This document shows, one piece after another, positions 1 to 12,942 of a DNA stretch of 64,000 bases. The DNA comes from Octopus sinensis (Eukaryota): the NCBI RefSeq assembly GCF_006345805.1, contig NC_042999.1, positions 75,764,001 to 75,828,000 on the forward strand, given 5' to 3'. The notes beneath the pieces are model-generated. The model made no database searches. It was not told where the DNA came from and was given only the letters and a program-made list of their open reading frames with translations. Numbering within the stretch: position 1 is the first letter of the stretch; each line of letters opens with the position of its first letter. A program made the position numbers and the translations under genes.

Positions 1-336
1 CCGAGTAAACTGAGTTCAAATTCCGCCGTAATCTAGAAGTTGATAAAGTAAATACCAGTTGAACACCAGTGTCCAAGTAATCGACCACAAAATTTCTGGC
101 CTTGTTCCTATGGGAGAAAGGATTATACTGGTGTGTGTGTGTGTGTGTAGGACGTATCTTTTATCTGTTTTTGTCTATTAAAACTCACTTATTATCATTG
201 ATAGAAGATACATGTACAAAGTGTTATGCAAAAGGGCTGAACTTGAAACCGCGTGTGGCTAGGAAGTAACTTCCTAAAAACACATCCGTGGTGGTGGTGG
301 TGGTCGTGGTCGTGGGGAGTGTGTATATGTGAGAGG

Positions 337-390
<54 letters not shown>

Positions 391-1028
391 TGTACGTTCA
401 AAGTTCGTGTGAGAGACAGCCGGTAAAAGTAATTTGTGTAAAAAAGAACGTGGCTTTGTCCTTCATGTCTAAAAAAAAAAACATGTTTTATAAAAAAAAA
501 AACGTTTTAAATTAAATTAATCGTAAAATGAAATCACCCGAGGAATAAAATTGTGGAGAGATGAAACACATATGAAAAAGGAAATTGCACTTTTTTTTCT
601 ATATCTTTGATGTTTTTCGTAGTTCTGCGATGAAAGTGTCAATTAAACCAATCAAAATAACGGTAAATTACAAGAGAAGGAAGTCTAAACTTCACAAATT
701 ACTTAAAAGTATTGAAATACGTATAGGGATAAATAAATTACTGAACGAGGGCAACAGGATACGGACTGTTGCCAGTAAACAAAATGATGTATTACGTAAA
801 AGGTCATACTTCATCCATGTCGTTAGGTCATATTAAGTGTCAGCTTGATTCTATAAGATGACACATTCTATCCGATGAGATGCCAATACAGAAATATACA
901 TTACTGCATTACTTATGTTTACACTAGTCCCTATAAAAAAAAGCCGATATGAGTGTTGGTTGATGGGTTGGTTGATTGTATAGTTGGTTACTTTCTCCAT
1001 CCACACTTTAAATCCTATAGAAACAGGA

Positions 1029-1440
1029 AGGCGGCGAGCTGGCAGAAACGTTAGCACGCCGGGCGAAATGCTTAGCAGTATTTCGTCTGCCGCTACGTTC
1101 TGAGTTCAAATTCCGTCGAGGTCGATTTTGCCTGTCATCCTTTCGGGGTCGATTAAATAAGTACCAGTTACGCACTGGAATCGATATAATCGACTTAATC
1201 CGTTTGCCTCTCCTTGTTTGTCCTCTGTTTTTAGCTCCTTCTGGGTGGTAAAGAAATAGGTATTTCGTCTGCCGCTACGTTCTGAGTTCAAATTCCGCCA
1301 AGGTCGACTTTGCCTTTCATCCTTTCGGGGTCGATAAATTAAGTCCAGTTACGCACTGGGGTCGATGTAATTGACATAATCTGTTTTTATGTCCTTGTTT
1401 GTCCCCTCTATGTTCAGCCCCTTGTGGGCAATAAAGAAAT
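1029..1440 (+). mobile_element. SINE family A, partial tandem (dimer-like) copy
   Basis: tRNA-like head aggcggcgagctggcagaaacgttagc...gagttcaaattcc and conserved body gcctttcatcctttcggggtcgataaa. The body occurs twice here and at many other places in the window. Confidence 0.8.
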
Positions 1441-2447
1441 AAGAAACAGGAGGAAGGGTTACGAAGAGTAAAACAGAGATACAGAAGCAGTTATTATAAG
1501 AGATGCGGGATGAGCGCACTTACTGGGCTTGGTGGTAGGCAGTGAGTAAAAAATTCCTTCCAGATATACGCACGCGCACCATGAGAGAGAAGGAACCATG
1601 AGAAAGGAAGATGAGGAGAGGGCGTCAATGACAGAATAGTTAGGGAAGAAAGAAACAAATGACGAATTTGCTTTATTTGATTTAATTTTAAGGTAATAAA
1701 TATTTTTCTTTTGAAAATCAGTATTCATTTCATCACGGTATAAACCATAAGAAACTTAATCAAAGTTAAATTATAATCATAGCATGATGGCAAAAGTATA
1801 CTTCCAATGTTACTATCATATGATGGCTAACTCTCTTGTACATAATGTTAGGTATACTGACGCAACAATTCTTTCTACACTAGGAACAAGGCGTGAAATT
1901 TTGTGGAAGACGGCTAGTCGATTACGCCGACCTCTGTGTTCGATTGATGCTTATTTTATTGAACCCCGAAAAGACGAAAAGTTAAGTCAACTCTGGAGGT
2001 ATTCGAACTCAGAACGCAAATTTAAAGAAATGCCGCTGAGCATATTGTCCAGCGTGATAACGATTCTACCTGTTTGTCGCCTTATACTAACACATAATAA
2101 TAGGCACAAGCTTTCCGTATATTGAATTATTATTTTTACAAAACATATGTCGGTATATATGTCAACACAAATATCCGACCCACTGAATGATTCGAAACAA
2201 ACAAACAAAAAAAAAAACATACGTTGGTTGGAAAATAATACAATTACTGGCCTACAAATTTGTTGTTCCACTCAAATTTCTTTAACGGTTTCCGTTCCTC
2301 TAAATGACTGGGCTGCAAACCATTGCATCTCCTCGTTAAGTCCAGAATTCTAAACACCCTAATAAACGGAACAAACTTTGCTTCCCAGGTATGCAGTCCT
2401 CTAGCACACATGCCTTTAACACGGATTTGATATCAAACTTGAACCTA

Positions 2448-2650
2448 AGGCGGCGTGTTGGCAGAATCGTTAGAAGGCCAGACAAAATGCTTAGCGACAT
2501 TTCATTCGTGTTTACGTTCTGAGTTCAAATTCCGCCGTGGCCGACTTTACCTTGTATTCTTTCGAGGTCGATAAATTGAGTACTGGGGACGATGTGATCT
2601 GCTTGATTGAGCCCCGAAATTGCTAGCTTTGTGCCAAAATTTCAAGCCAA
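2448..2650 (+). mobile_element. SINE family A
   Basis: Same head and body as 1029-1440. Confidence 0.75.
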
Positions 2651-3409
2651 TATCAAACTTGCACCTCTAAGACTTCAAGTCAATCATTAATTGGCACCTA
2701 CCAACGTTGGAAAGATTTTTTTTTAAATGCGCATTTTTTTCTTTGTCGTAGCAAGCTGACATCACTCCTGTTTTAAACTTTGTTTTATGTCCAGCTGGAT
2801 ACCGAATGATCAACTATCATATAAAAGAGAGCATCTCATAATTCTTGAACTACTTCCATTCAACTTGGATAAATTCTTCGGTTACTTATTTCAGCCAACG
2901 TATTTCAGTACAAAATTTAAATTTCCAAAATGAATTTAGATGGTACAACTGTAGCTGACAGAAAACTACCACCAATAGCTTACAACTTAGAAGAAAATGT
3001 TTCTGCAACAATAGCGTTCGATAAAATGCACTCAGTTTATCAAGAATTCAGATCTACGTTGTTACGGCAATACGGAAGACGATGTTACACGAGGATTAAG
3101 TACATCCATTCTAGCAGAACTCCAGTCAATATCTTATGCCAAGAAATATTTGCACTCCAGAAGCTGATTGTCTCAGCTGACAGATACAGATTAAAGAAAA
3201 GTACACAAGTACATTCTGTAACTTTTCTGCGCAATAATGCATTGACTTAATTGAAATGTTGAAAGTCTAAAATATATTCAGCTGAAATGTATGTCCTTTC
3301 AACATATTTTTTACATGAAGAACCTAGACATCATGCTTTGTAGACTTAAGATGCTTTATGGAAAGGTAACTCCTTAAGGAGTGTCTCGAATGAGTGATAT
3401 ATATTATAT

Positions 3410-4726
3410 AATAGCATTTTGACCCAACTCCTTGCAACTTAAATTTTTGTAGGCTCGAAGAACGAACCTAGCCAGCCAGGAGTCTGCAAACCGAGTAAAA
3501 GGATGAGACAAATCCAAAATGGTTTCAACTTTGATCAATTGAGGTCATGTGGTTTTATGTCTCGAAGCGAGATGAGATCTGATCTTTGTTTTTAGGTCCA
3601 CATGGTCGGACAGGATGTCGATAGAGAGTTGTCGCCGCTATGTCTAGAAACTATAGTATGGTTTATTTAGCGACATCAGATCATTACACATTATTGCAAC
3701 GACAGCTTTTTCGTGAGAATAACCAGATTTGGTGGTGGTATTTAATTAAGGAAAACTTTCCCAGAACCCATAAGTAATATAAACTTTTCAACTCCAAGAT
3801 ATCGTTTCCAATATCGCACGCTACAATAGACACCAACATACACCTATGCAGCCTCTAAAATCTACCCTAATCTGTAACTTACAAAATCCTAGCAACTGGG
3901 AGGATACTGCTTTTCAAGGGCTCTGGCTTATAGAGAGCCACTCGCATACCACCCGATGAAATTCTAAGAGAGCACACGGCCGTGACAGCCATTGAAAATC
4001 ACCACTTCCTTATCCCTAGAGACTCTCTAATCACCAGAATGACTTTCCCAACATCGAATTGAGTATCATTAACAGAGCACCTTCGTACTCAACTGGAACT
4101 CGCAGTTGCAACCCCAACGTCTGCGAGAGCCTGCAACTTACAATATTCAACGACAGGTAAATATATGCTCTGTTAATGAACTTCAAAACCACTGGAAGCT
4201 GGCAAATCAGATACACAACCTTCGGTTTGCCTGATTCATACTCTGGGGTGCGGTACTTAACTGCTACTTCTTGTACAGACTACAGCTCTATCCATACTGA
4301 AAATCCAACGTAACACCACTGAATTTTAATCCAGCACCACCATATCTGATCGTACCCACAGAAAGGTTGTCGCCGCTGTAGTGTTAGTTCTCTAGTGACA
4401 GACATACCGCTCCGCTACGAATAGCAACAAACGCAACGAATTGATGTTGCAAAATAAACCATTCTATAGTCTCCAGACAAAGCGGCGACAACCACTTACC
4501 AATATCATATCAGAACATGTGGATCTCACAACAAACATAAGCTCTGATATCACCCCACATCATTAACATCACGAGACCCGAGTTGACCAATAGAGGCCTA
4601 ATATGTAGAAACCCTCTTGGATTTGTTACTCATGAAACCCTCATGAACATATATATCTGACAAGCTAGGTTCGTTGTACGCGCCTATGAAACTTTAAGTT
4701 ACATGGAGCCGAGCCAAACTGTTATT
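3410..4726. mobile_element. Old non-autonomous DNA transposon/foldback with ~270-bp diverged terminal inverted repeats
   Basis: 3410-3677 aligns with the reverse complement of 4443-4726 (e.g. gttgtcgccgctatgtctagaaactatagtatggtttattt vs gttgtcgccgctttgtctggagactatagaatggtttattt). TA-rich flanks, no ORF. Confidence 0.7.
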
Positions 4727-4764
4727 GAATATATTACAGCTGCGTGCGTGTGCACATACACGTG

Positions 4765-5060
4765 AGTGCTGTCCAAATTTCCGACGAGTCACATTCAGCT
4801 AGCTGGCATTCAATTGGCGTATCAAGTTTCGAGCATTTTGATTGGGTTTTGGATAGAAAATTCACAAAAAAGTCACTTCTATTGATTTTTAAATGGCTTT
4901 GCGGGGTGACTGGGGAAATGTAAAGATGTGCACGACCACACTTGGACGGTTTTAAATGACCATAGAAAGTGCGAGCCCTCTGGCCGAAAAATTATGGATT
5001 TGTATAAAGGATACAAACACACACAGACATATATTTTGCCGTTTATATATAGAGAGATGT
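4765..5060 (+). mobile_element. Possible non-autonomous Helentron/DINE-like repeat
   Basis: Ends in acacacacagac...tttatatatagagagat, resembling DINE/HINE 3' ends. Pattern recognition only. Confidence 0.3.
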
Positions 5061-5499
5061 AACACAGTCAACTGTATTGTGTGACGCCTTTTTTTGTTTG
5101 TTCAATCACTCGTATCTATCTATCTATCCTCCCCCTCCCTCTCTCTATATATATACTTACATATGCACATATATATGTATATATACATATATACATATAT
5201 ACAATATTTATATACATATATTATATATATACATATACATATATATATATATATATATACACATATATATATATATGTATATATGTATATATATGCGTGT
5301 GTGTTTGTGTGTTTATGTGCATTGCATGTGTATGCGTGCGTCTATGCACGTCTCAGTGTTTTCCTGTGTGTATGTGTATATAATTGTAGTTAGTGATTCC
5401 GTTAGAAACGGAAAGATCCTGAGAGATGCATGGTTAATTAATTTATGTAATAAGTGATTCTCACAGGACTTATTCTGCTGGAACACTTATCATTTTGTG

Positions 5500-5532
<33 letters not shown>

Positions 5533-6207
5533 ACATGTGTGTGTTAGTGCGTGCGCGCGTGTGTGCGTGTGTATGCTTCTGTATCAAATATCTCCTTCCT
5601 ATTGCGACACGTTCACTTTTTATTTATAAATCTTTTTATTTTCCAAGCAATCACCAAAATGTATGAGTACTTGGTTGACAAATTATTTGCGTAATATTAT
5701 CTACTACTGGAAAAAACTTATAATTAAGTGGACTCATATTTTCGTTCTTTCATTTTTTTCAAGAGCAACTATTATACAGGAGACACAACTCCACAAGACA
5801 GAAACCAGCTGCTAGATGGAACTTGCTTACTTCTTTGTCCTTGGTTCAATCACCGTCAAATATTTGATTAGCAAACTTTTGGTCATTGACCGTTAAAATT
5901 TACGATACTAAACAAGAGCAACAATAATATTTATTCTTGTCATCATCGTTACGATTTCCATGACGAAATCTTTATTGTGGGCCAAAAGATATCGATGCAG
6001 GGCCCTGCCTAAATCATCATATTTTCCCTCTTCCTCGCAGCAGTAAGGGACATGGTCAATGAACTTGTTAGGAATAACAGCCAAAGTTTCCGCAAATAAT
6101 ACTATTCCTTCTTTAAAAGGGAAAGAAGGCTTGCAACTTATAATTCTAAGTTTAGCACAAGGCCAGGATCTTTTTGGGAAAGAAAAGTAGATTACATCGA
6201 TCGTAGC

Positions 6208-6896
6208 CGGTGGGGGCTCCTAGATAAAATTAGAGGTGGTGCTGCTTCAGAAACATTTTAGCCGTTGTTTTAATATTGTGTGAAAGGAAACAAACATATA
6301 AAAAGAATATTTATATATGAACTTGATCGATTCGCGTTTTAGCCACTGCCGGGTAGCGTTTTTAATGTGTTCACTGAACACCACCACGAATTCGCCCTTG
6401 TTTTTCAAAAATTCCCCCTAAATCACAAAATAAAGGTGGAAAACCTGCCCTATTTTTCAAATCCTGGCAGCAACACTGAAGCTGGAAGCAGGATAATAAT
6501 CTAATGCTACACTTAATCGTATTCAAGTATATAAACACGTTTTCAAACACAACACCCACGGAGTCAAAAAGGAACACTACCTTTCACCGGCACTGCGTGA
6601 ACGACAGTGCTCTCTCTCCCTAGCGTGAAGCTTCTTATCTCGGACATGTCAACATGCACACAACAGCCAAACACCCCATCGCTTGAACAGTGAAGCGCAG
6701 TTCTATACAAGGATTTTTGTATTTTTTCAAAAACTAGGGGATAGCTACTGACATTAAAGCTTAAGGATTATATTATGTACAGGTATAAAGAAAGAATTCA
6801 AGGAAAAAGGACTCATTATATTGAATGATATCGAAAACATCGAGTGGAAACAGTGGGTGCTATAGTTCCGAAATGTCCATACACGAGCCGCCACTG
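6208..6896. mobile_element. Non-autonomous hAT-type DNA transposon nested in a SINE
   Basis: Exact 8-bp TSD ATCGTAGC (6200-6207 and 6897-6904). TIRs cggtgggggctc / cagtggcggctc. The flanks are two halves of a decayed minus-strand family A SINE. Confidence 0.8.
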
Positions 6897-7859
6897 ATCG
6901 TAGCACTTGATTCTTACTTTACTTTATCGTGCATGGAAAGCGAAATGGGTTTCAGCGGGTTTTGAACACAAATACAATACCGGAACAAATGATGCTCCCT
7001 TGGAGCACTAACGATTCCGCCAGCTCCCTGCCGTAGCCTATTGCATGATTATATAGTTCTAGATACAGCACATGTGAAAATACAATGGCATAGATTTGTG
7101 ACAATAATTCTGCTCATTCAGAGTTGACCTGACCGGGAACTAAACAATAATAACGGCAACAACAACATTATCGACAACAACATCTATCGGCAACAGACCA
7201 AGAGATATGATACCCGGCAACGTAAAGAACAACTTATAAACAAAAGCATCAACGACGATGATAAAATAGCAACGTAATAACAACAAAGACAACAATAACA
7301 ACAAATACAGCGATAATACAAAACACTTAGCTTAACAAGCTGAAATATCTTTATATAAGTTTCCCACCATTACTTACATATCTTAACCTTATTATTTGTG
7401 CTACGAAATGTGTCTAGTATGACAAATCAGCGGAAGAAACAAACTGGAGCTAACCACACAGCATGGTGCCACTATGACCAGAATATATAGTGTAGTTAAG
7501 AAAATAATTTTGTTGAGAAGATTATTCAAGAAGATTTATTTATTTATACATTTATTTTATTAAATAGGCAAGCTTTATTTATAAAACGAATACAGATCAA
7601 ATGACTTCCGACATTCTATTTACCTGTACGCAAAGAGAACGGCCAAGTCGTGTTAACTACGGTGCCTATCAACTGTAGTTCTATTCATGTCGCACACTTG
7701 AACGTTTTTTTTTCGTCCTTACGATGACACGAAAGTTCAATGTTAGAATAAAACTTTCAAGTTTCCCATGAATGTTTATCAAAGTAGAGGCATTAATCAA
7801 CCAACGAACATAAGAAAATAGACGCTCCCACATACAAAATATACACGTGTATTTGTACA

Positions 7860-8095
7860 CGAACACATACACACATACGCATACGCATACACTCATGCAC
7901 ACACACACAAGAACGCACACACGCCTGATCGCACGCACGCATGCACGCACGCACGCACGCATGCACGCACGCACGCATGCACGCACGCACGCATGCACGC
8001 ACGCACGCATGCACGCACGCACGCATGCACGCACACACACACACACCACACACACACACACACACACGCGCGCGCGCAAACATACACACGTATAT
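7860..8095. repeat. (CA)n/(GCAC)n compound microsatellite
   Basis: Direct inspection. Confidence 0.95.
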
Positions 8096-8799
8096 ACCTG
8101 CACCGATGTATGTATGTTGCCGAAGTGGAGCAAGCTGAAACTTCGACGTCACTGACAACCGTTTCCTTGTAAAAGTTTATTAAATATGAAGCCTGCTAAA
8201 ATATAGAGTAATTCATCACTTAAGCGCAGAATTGTTTTTCGTATATAAATCGACGTAAAAGCAAACATTAATACAGACACACACATACATAACTTATACT
8301 ATTGACGTGATGAGGATTTATAAACTTCCAAGAGAACATAAAATGATTCACTTTTGGAATAGTGGATCTCGAAGCACATAAAGTCATAAATAATAACATG
8401 TGACTTGTTAATGTTAGCACTACAGATTTTTTATAGAAATTACAGCCAGCATAGATTTTGTTACGAATTTTCGTATCATAGACGCCAGAGGTAAACAAAC
8501 AATGACATCGAAGATGAATAATGGATCATGGGCGTTTATGACATATTTCAGGAATTTTTCCTTCCTTCATTAGCACCCATCCAACCAATCAATCATCCAC
8601 GAACTCATTGCTGAAATAGCGGTTATATAAATATAGCGGTTATTGGGTATATCAATTGGGTAATGTTATCAATTTTACGTATTAATCACATTCCTGCAAG
8701 CTGGTACGTAAATATTAATGACTTGTAGGAACACGGTATTTCGTTATGCAAACATTATATTGAACCATAATATAGAACGTGCAATCATAATACAGAATA

Positions 8800-9030
8800 A
8801 GGCGGCGAACTGGTAGAATCGTTAGCACGCCGGGCGAAAGGCTGACCGGTATTTCATCTGCCGTTACGTTCTGAGTTCAAATTCCACTGAAGTCTACTTT
8901 GCCATTCATTTTTTTTGGGTCAATTAAATAAGTACCAGTTACGCACTGGGGTTGATGTAATCGACTTAATCCCTTTGTCTGTCCTTTTTTGTCCTCTCTA
9001 TGTTTAGCCTCCTGTGGGCAATAAAGGAAT
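8800..9030 (+). mobile_element. SINE family A
   Basis: Same head and body as 1029-1440. Confidence 0.8.
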
Positions 9031-9109
9031 AAATATAGAACACGGTATTAACTTATACAAAAACGTTTAATATACACTGTTGTTGGATATTCTCTTTAAT
9101 ATATATAAT

Positions 9110-9365
9110 AATAATAAATGCGCCCTTTTAAAGCCTAGCCAGGCTCATGGACCGGTTTCTCGGTTTCTATGGCGTATGTGTTACCCAGCTGGACGGGACG
9201 CCAGTCCATCGCAGCGTTACTCATTTTTGCTAGCTGAGTGGACTGGACCAACGTGAAATGAAGTGTTTTGCTCAAGAACACAAACGCGTTGTCCGGTCCA
9301 GGAATCGAAACCACAATCTTACGAACATTGTGCTGACACCCTAACCACTAAACCACGCGCCTCCC
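9110..9365 (-). mobile_element. tRNA-derived SINE (family D)
   Basis: Minus strand ggaggcgcgtggtttagtggttaggg...ggtttcgattcc (Pol III A/B boxes); ends in (TTA)n. Confidence 0.7.
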
Positions 9366-9368
9366 CTA

Positions 9369-9421
<53 letters not shown>

Positions 9422-9590
9422 AAGAGGGATCAGCCATCTGAATGTGGCTAGGGTCAGGGCGGGGTGGTGGGGGTGTTACTGATGCATTTAGCCCCAGGCG
9501 AACATCGACGTCACCAGAAGAGCTGACACCATCTCGGTGTCCTTGCCAGCCAGCAAAGGGAGATCAGCCTCCCCGAAGATACGGATACTA

Positions 9591-9633
9591 CACACGGACC
9601 GGTTTCGAGGTTATTGCCTCTTGTCAACGTATG
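9591..9633 (-). ncRNA. Minimal type I hammerhead ribozyme (inverted copy of 10024-10066)
   Basis: Exact reverse complement of 10024-10066. Confidence 0.75.
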
Positions 9634-10023
9634 GTAAGCACCGCTCTTCGTTGAGGGACTTCCTCTGCAGGCTGGATATATATAGATTTTCACAGTAACC
9701 ACAGTCACTGGCGTAACCACAGTCACTGGCTGATCTCCCTTTGCTGGCTGGCAAGGACACCGAGATGGTGTCAGCTCTTCTGGTGACGTCGATGTTCGCC
9801 TGGGGCTAAATGCATCAGTAACACCCCCACCACCCCGTCCTGACCCTAGCCACATTCAGATGGCTGATCCCCCTTATGTTATAGAGCAGTTACTGTTTAT
9901 ATCTCGCCCAGAGATTTATTATTGTTTTCGAACAGATTTTCTAGGCCAGTGACTGTGGTTACTGTGAAAATCTATATATATCCAGCCTGCAGAGGAAGTC
10001 CCTCAACTAAGAGCGGTGCTTAC

Positions 10024-10066
10024 CATACGTTGACAAGAGGCAATAACCTCGAAACCGGTCCGTGTG
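10024..10066 (+). ncRNA. Minimal type I hammerhead ribozyme, U3-A8 core variant
   Basis: CAUACG-[UUGACAA]-GAGG caauaa CCUC-[GAAA]-CCG-GUC^-CGUGUG. Stem I 6 bp, stem II 4 bp, palindromic stem III ACCGGU. Predicted cleavage after 10060. Confidence 0.75.
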
Positions 10067-10284
10067 TAGTATCCGTATCTTCGGGTAGGCTGATCTCCCT
10101 TTGCTGGCTGTCAAGGACACCGAGATGGTTTCAGCTCTTCTGGTGACGTCGATGTTCGCCTGGGGCTAAATGCATCAGTAACACCCCCACCACCCCGCCC
10201 TGACCCTAGCCACATTCAGATGGCTGATCCCTCTTATGTTATAGAGCAGTTACTGTTTATATCTCGCCCAGAGATTTATTATTG

Positions 10285-10358
<74 letters not shown>

Positions 10359-11011
10359 CTAAAGACATATCTCTACACATGACAGAATCAACAAGAATCT
10401 TTTTATTGAAAAATTCCAAACGCGTCTTAATATGCAAACTCCACGGTAACCATACTCTTTTTTCTAGCATCCTATCTGACACAAAATTGATATAAGCATC
10501 CTGTTTGACAAAAAAAAATCCACCATTCCAATTAAAGAGCATAAAATCCACAGAATTGTTTCCCCTTACTCACAGGAACTGGATAACTCTTACCTGTTTT
10601 GACACACGATCACCCACTTTTTCAAAATTACACTACATTTAAAACACATGCGTCGTAATCCTCCAAAGAAGTTTTTCCAAGGATTATTATTGAACTCTAA
10701 AAGCATAAAGACTCTACAATGTATTGGTATACTTATTTATTAATTTTGTATATATGTATTATTATTTTTTTGAAAAAACATTGTAAATTTATTTTTCCCC
10801 TTCCTCAATTTAAAAAAAAAATTTTCCCCTTCTAAATCGTGAAAATTTGCCTTCCAATGAAAACTGGTTTGATTTATTATTTTTTCTTTTTTAATTTTTC
10901 ATACACCCATTTTTATTAAAATTTACTTTCAATTTAGCATTCTGCCTTATAATTTTTCCTTTTCTATCATTTCTCGACGTGTGGTTAACACAAGTCCACT
11001 ATTTACTGGTT

Positions 11012-11126
11012 TATATATACATATATATACATATACATATATACATATATACATATATATACATATATATATACATATATATATTATATACATATATAAT
11101 ATACATACATATATATATATATATAT

Positions 11127-11157
<31 letters not shown>

Positions 11158-11172
11158 CATATATATATACAT

Positions 11173-11226
<54 letters not shown>

Positions 11227-11252
11227 TATATATATATATATATATTATATAA

Positions 11253-11304
<52 letters not shown>

Positions 11305-11429
11305 ACATATATATATATATATATACATATATACATATTTATATATATATATATACATATATATATATGTATATATATATACATATATATATATACATAT
11401 ATATATATATCTATATACGAAGGATTATG

Positions 11430-11469
<40 letters not shown>

Positions 11470-11476
11470 TACATAT
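11012..11476. repeat. Long (TA)n/(TACA)n microsatellite
   Basis: Direct inspection. Confidence 0.95.
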
Positions 11477-11477
11477 A

Positions 11478-11690
11478 CAGAGTTGGCCAAAAGTCACAGT
11501 AAATCAAAGCCATTTAATTCCAAGACTTATATATGTTTAACAAGTGATTGAATTGAATAAAAGCATCATGAAAATTGTTCAAACTGAAGTCCTTCTTGAG
11601 CGACACATTTTTCCATTTGATTAAATACAGAATTACAGATAGTATTTATGAAATTTTGATTTACAGTCGGATGACATTTGACCAACCCTG
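11478..11690. mobile_element. Tc1/mariner-type MITE
   Basis: TA|cagagttggccaaaagtca ... tgacatttgaccaaccctg|TA: imperfect TIRs with TA target site, 213 bp. Confidence 0.7.
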
Positions 11691-11869
11691 TATACACACA
11701 CATATACATACATATATGCACATATATTTATTTATATATGTCTATATATGTTAATAGTCATGTAACATATTTTATATAACTACAGTATTATGAAACAGCT
11801 GTAAAGCTATAAAAACTACAATTACACACATCTACACAAACGAAATTTTAAAATATCACCATTACTAAC

Positions 11870-12095
11870 CGTTGTCCGAAAGTTATGGAGCAGATAACAT
11901 TGGCAATGGCTGTTTGCGTGACATCATGAATATCAAATGGTACATTCACCATTTGTTCAATGGCTGCGATGAAAGCTTTTAGTTCAGTTTGTACACGAAG
12001 TTCCAAGTTTGCTTTTCGAAGACCAAATTCTTTTAAAGCACCGAGCGTGAATTTCCTTTGTTCTTTCCAGGTAACACCATTCGTTGAAACAATTC
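11870..12095 (-). CDS. Cytochrome P450 (CYP2 clan-like), coding exon 2
   Basis: Acceptor ccttacag|GA completes the split Gly codon from exon 1. Reads GIVSTNGVTWKEQRKFTLGALKEFG (WxxxR C-helix motif)...ANVICSITFGQR. Donor CG|gttagt, phase 2. Confidence 0.92.
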
Positions 12096-12391
12096 CTGTA
12101 AGGATAGAAATGTATATATGTATATATGTTCGCACATGCACACACGCACACATACATAATACATACATATACATAATATATGTATGTATATATATATAAT
12201 ATATATATATATTATATATTATATATATATATATTATATATATATATTATTATTATTATTATTATTATTATTATCATCATTACTTGCTGCCGAATGTAAC
12301 TGCACTTGCGCGGTGGATTTGAAAAATCAGAATGTATGTGTACGTAGCACGCGAATTCACCATGCTGCATAATTATGCATTAATCTTAGCG

Positions 12392-12461
12392 CCCTTACTG
12401 AAGAAGCACGGATGGCAAATTAATTTATTTGCCCATTAACACAGAAACTCGAATCTAGGGG
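12392..12461 (+). ncRNA. Type I hammerhead-like motif, partly decayed
   Basis: CCCUUA-[CUGAAGA]-...GGCAAAU uaauuu AUUUGCC...-[GAAA]-CUCGAA-UC^-UAGGGG. Stem I is 6 bp, stem III is one substitution from palindrome ACUCGAGU, and the base of stem II is unpaired. Confidence 0.55.
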
Positions 12462-12580
12462 TAACTATAGAGATAATTTTATTTTCATTTTTCATTCACT
12501 GTGAAATTACTCTTATTCGTGGTTTGGGCTGTAACTGCCCTTTCTAGCATATATGTATTGATATGTACACTATTTTACAA

Positions 12581-12673
<93 letters not shown>

Positions 12674-12772
12674 AAATTGTAAAGTTTTCCTGTAATAAAT
12701 TGTGTATTAAACAGTTGAGCCAGTGAAAGATACGATGTTTTCATCTCTATTTCCCTAATATAAAAGTATATA

Positions 12773-12942
12773 TAATTTGGACACTATGAAGCACCAGCTT
12801 TGCTAAAAAGGGGAACCATAATTAACTTCGAAACCACAGTAAACATCATAAAATGTTTACAGGAATGTAGTGATGATTAGCGTGGCTTCGGAGTTTAGTG
12901 TGACTCCTTTTCATTGCAAAGCTGGTGCTTTATAGTACCCAA

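Larger units (their letters stand above)
9417..10286. mobile_element. Non-autonomous Penelope-like/retrozyme-like element (360-bp monomer; inverted + partial tandem copies) in (TA)n
   Basis: 9417-9711 is the reverse complement of 9946-10240. 9728-9926 repeats at 10088-10286 (period 360). Both ends abut (TA)n. Contains hammerhead motifs. Confidence 0.8.

Noticed and set aside
2930-3250. 106-aa ORF as a host gene or transposase
   Set aside because: No recognisable motif or splice context.
9442-10146. Duplicated 70-114 aa ORFs (MWLGSGRGGGG...)
   Set aside because: By-product of the repeated hammerhead element; no recognisable protein, and the frames run through rearrangement junctions.
1-11869. 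P450 exon 3 and later exons
   Set aside because: Checked candidate minus-strand segments (about 5900-6040, 8270-8590, 10285-10700). None gave the expected phase-2 FxYxD start or I-helix/heme motifs, so these exons are probably beyond the window start.
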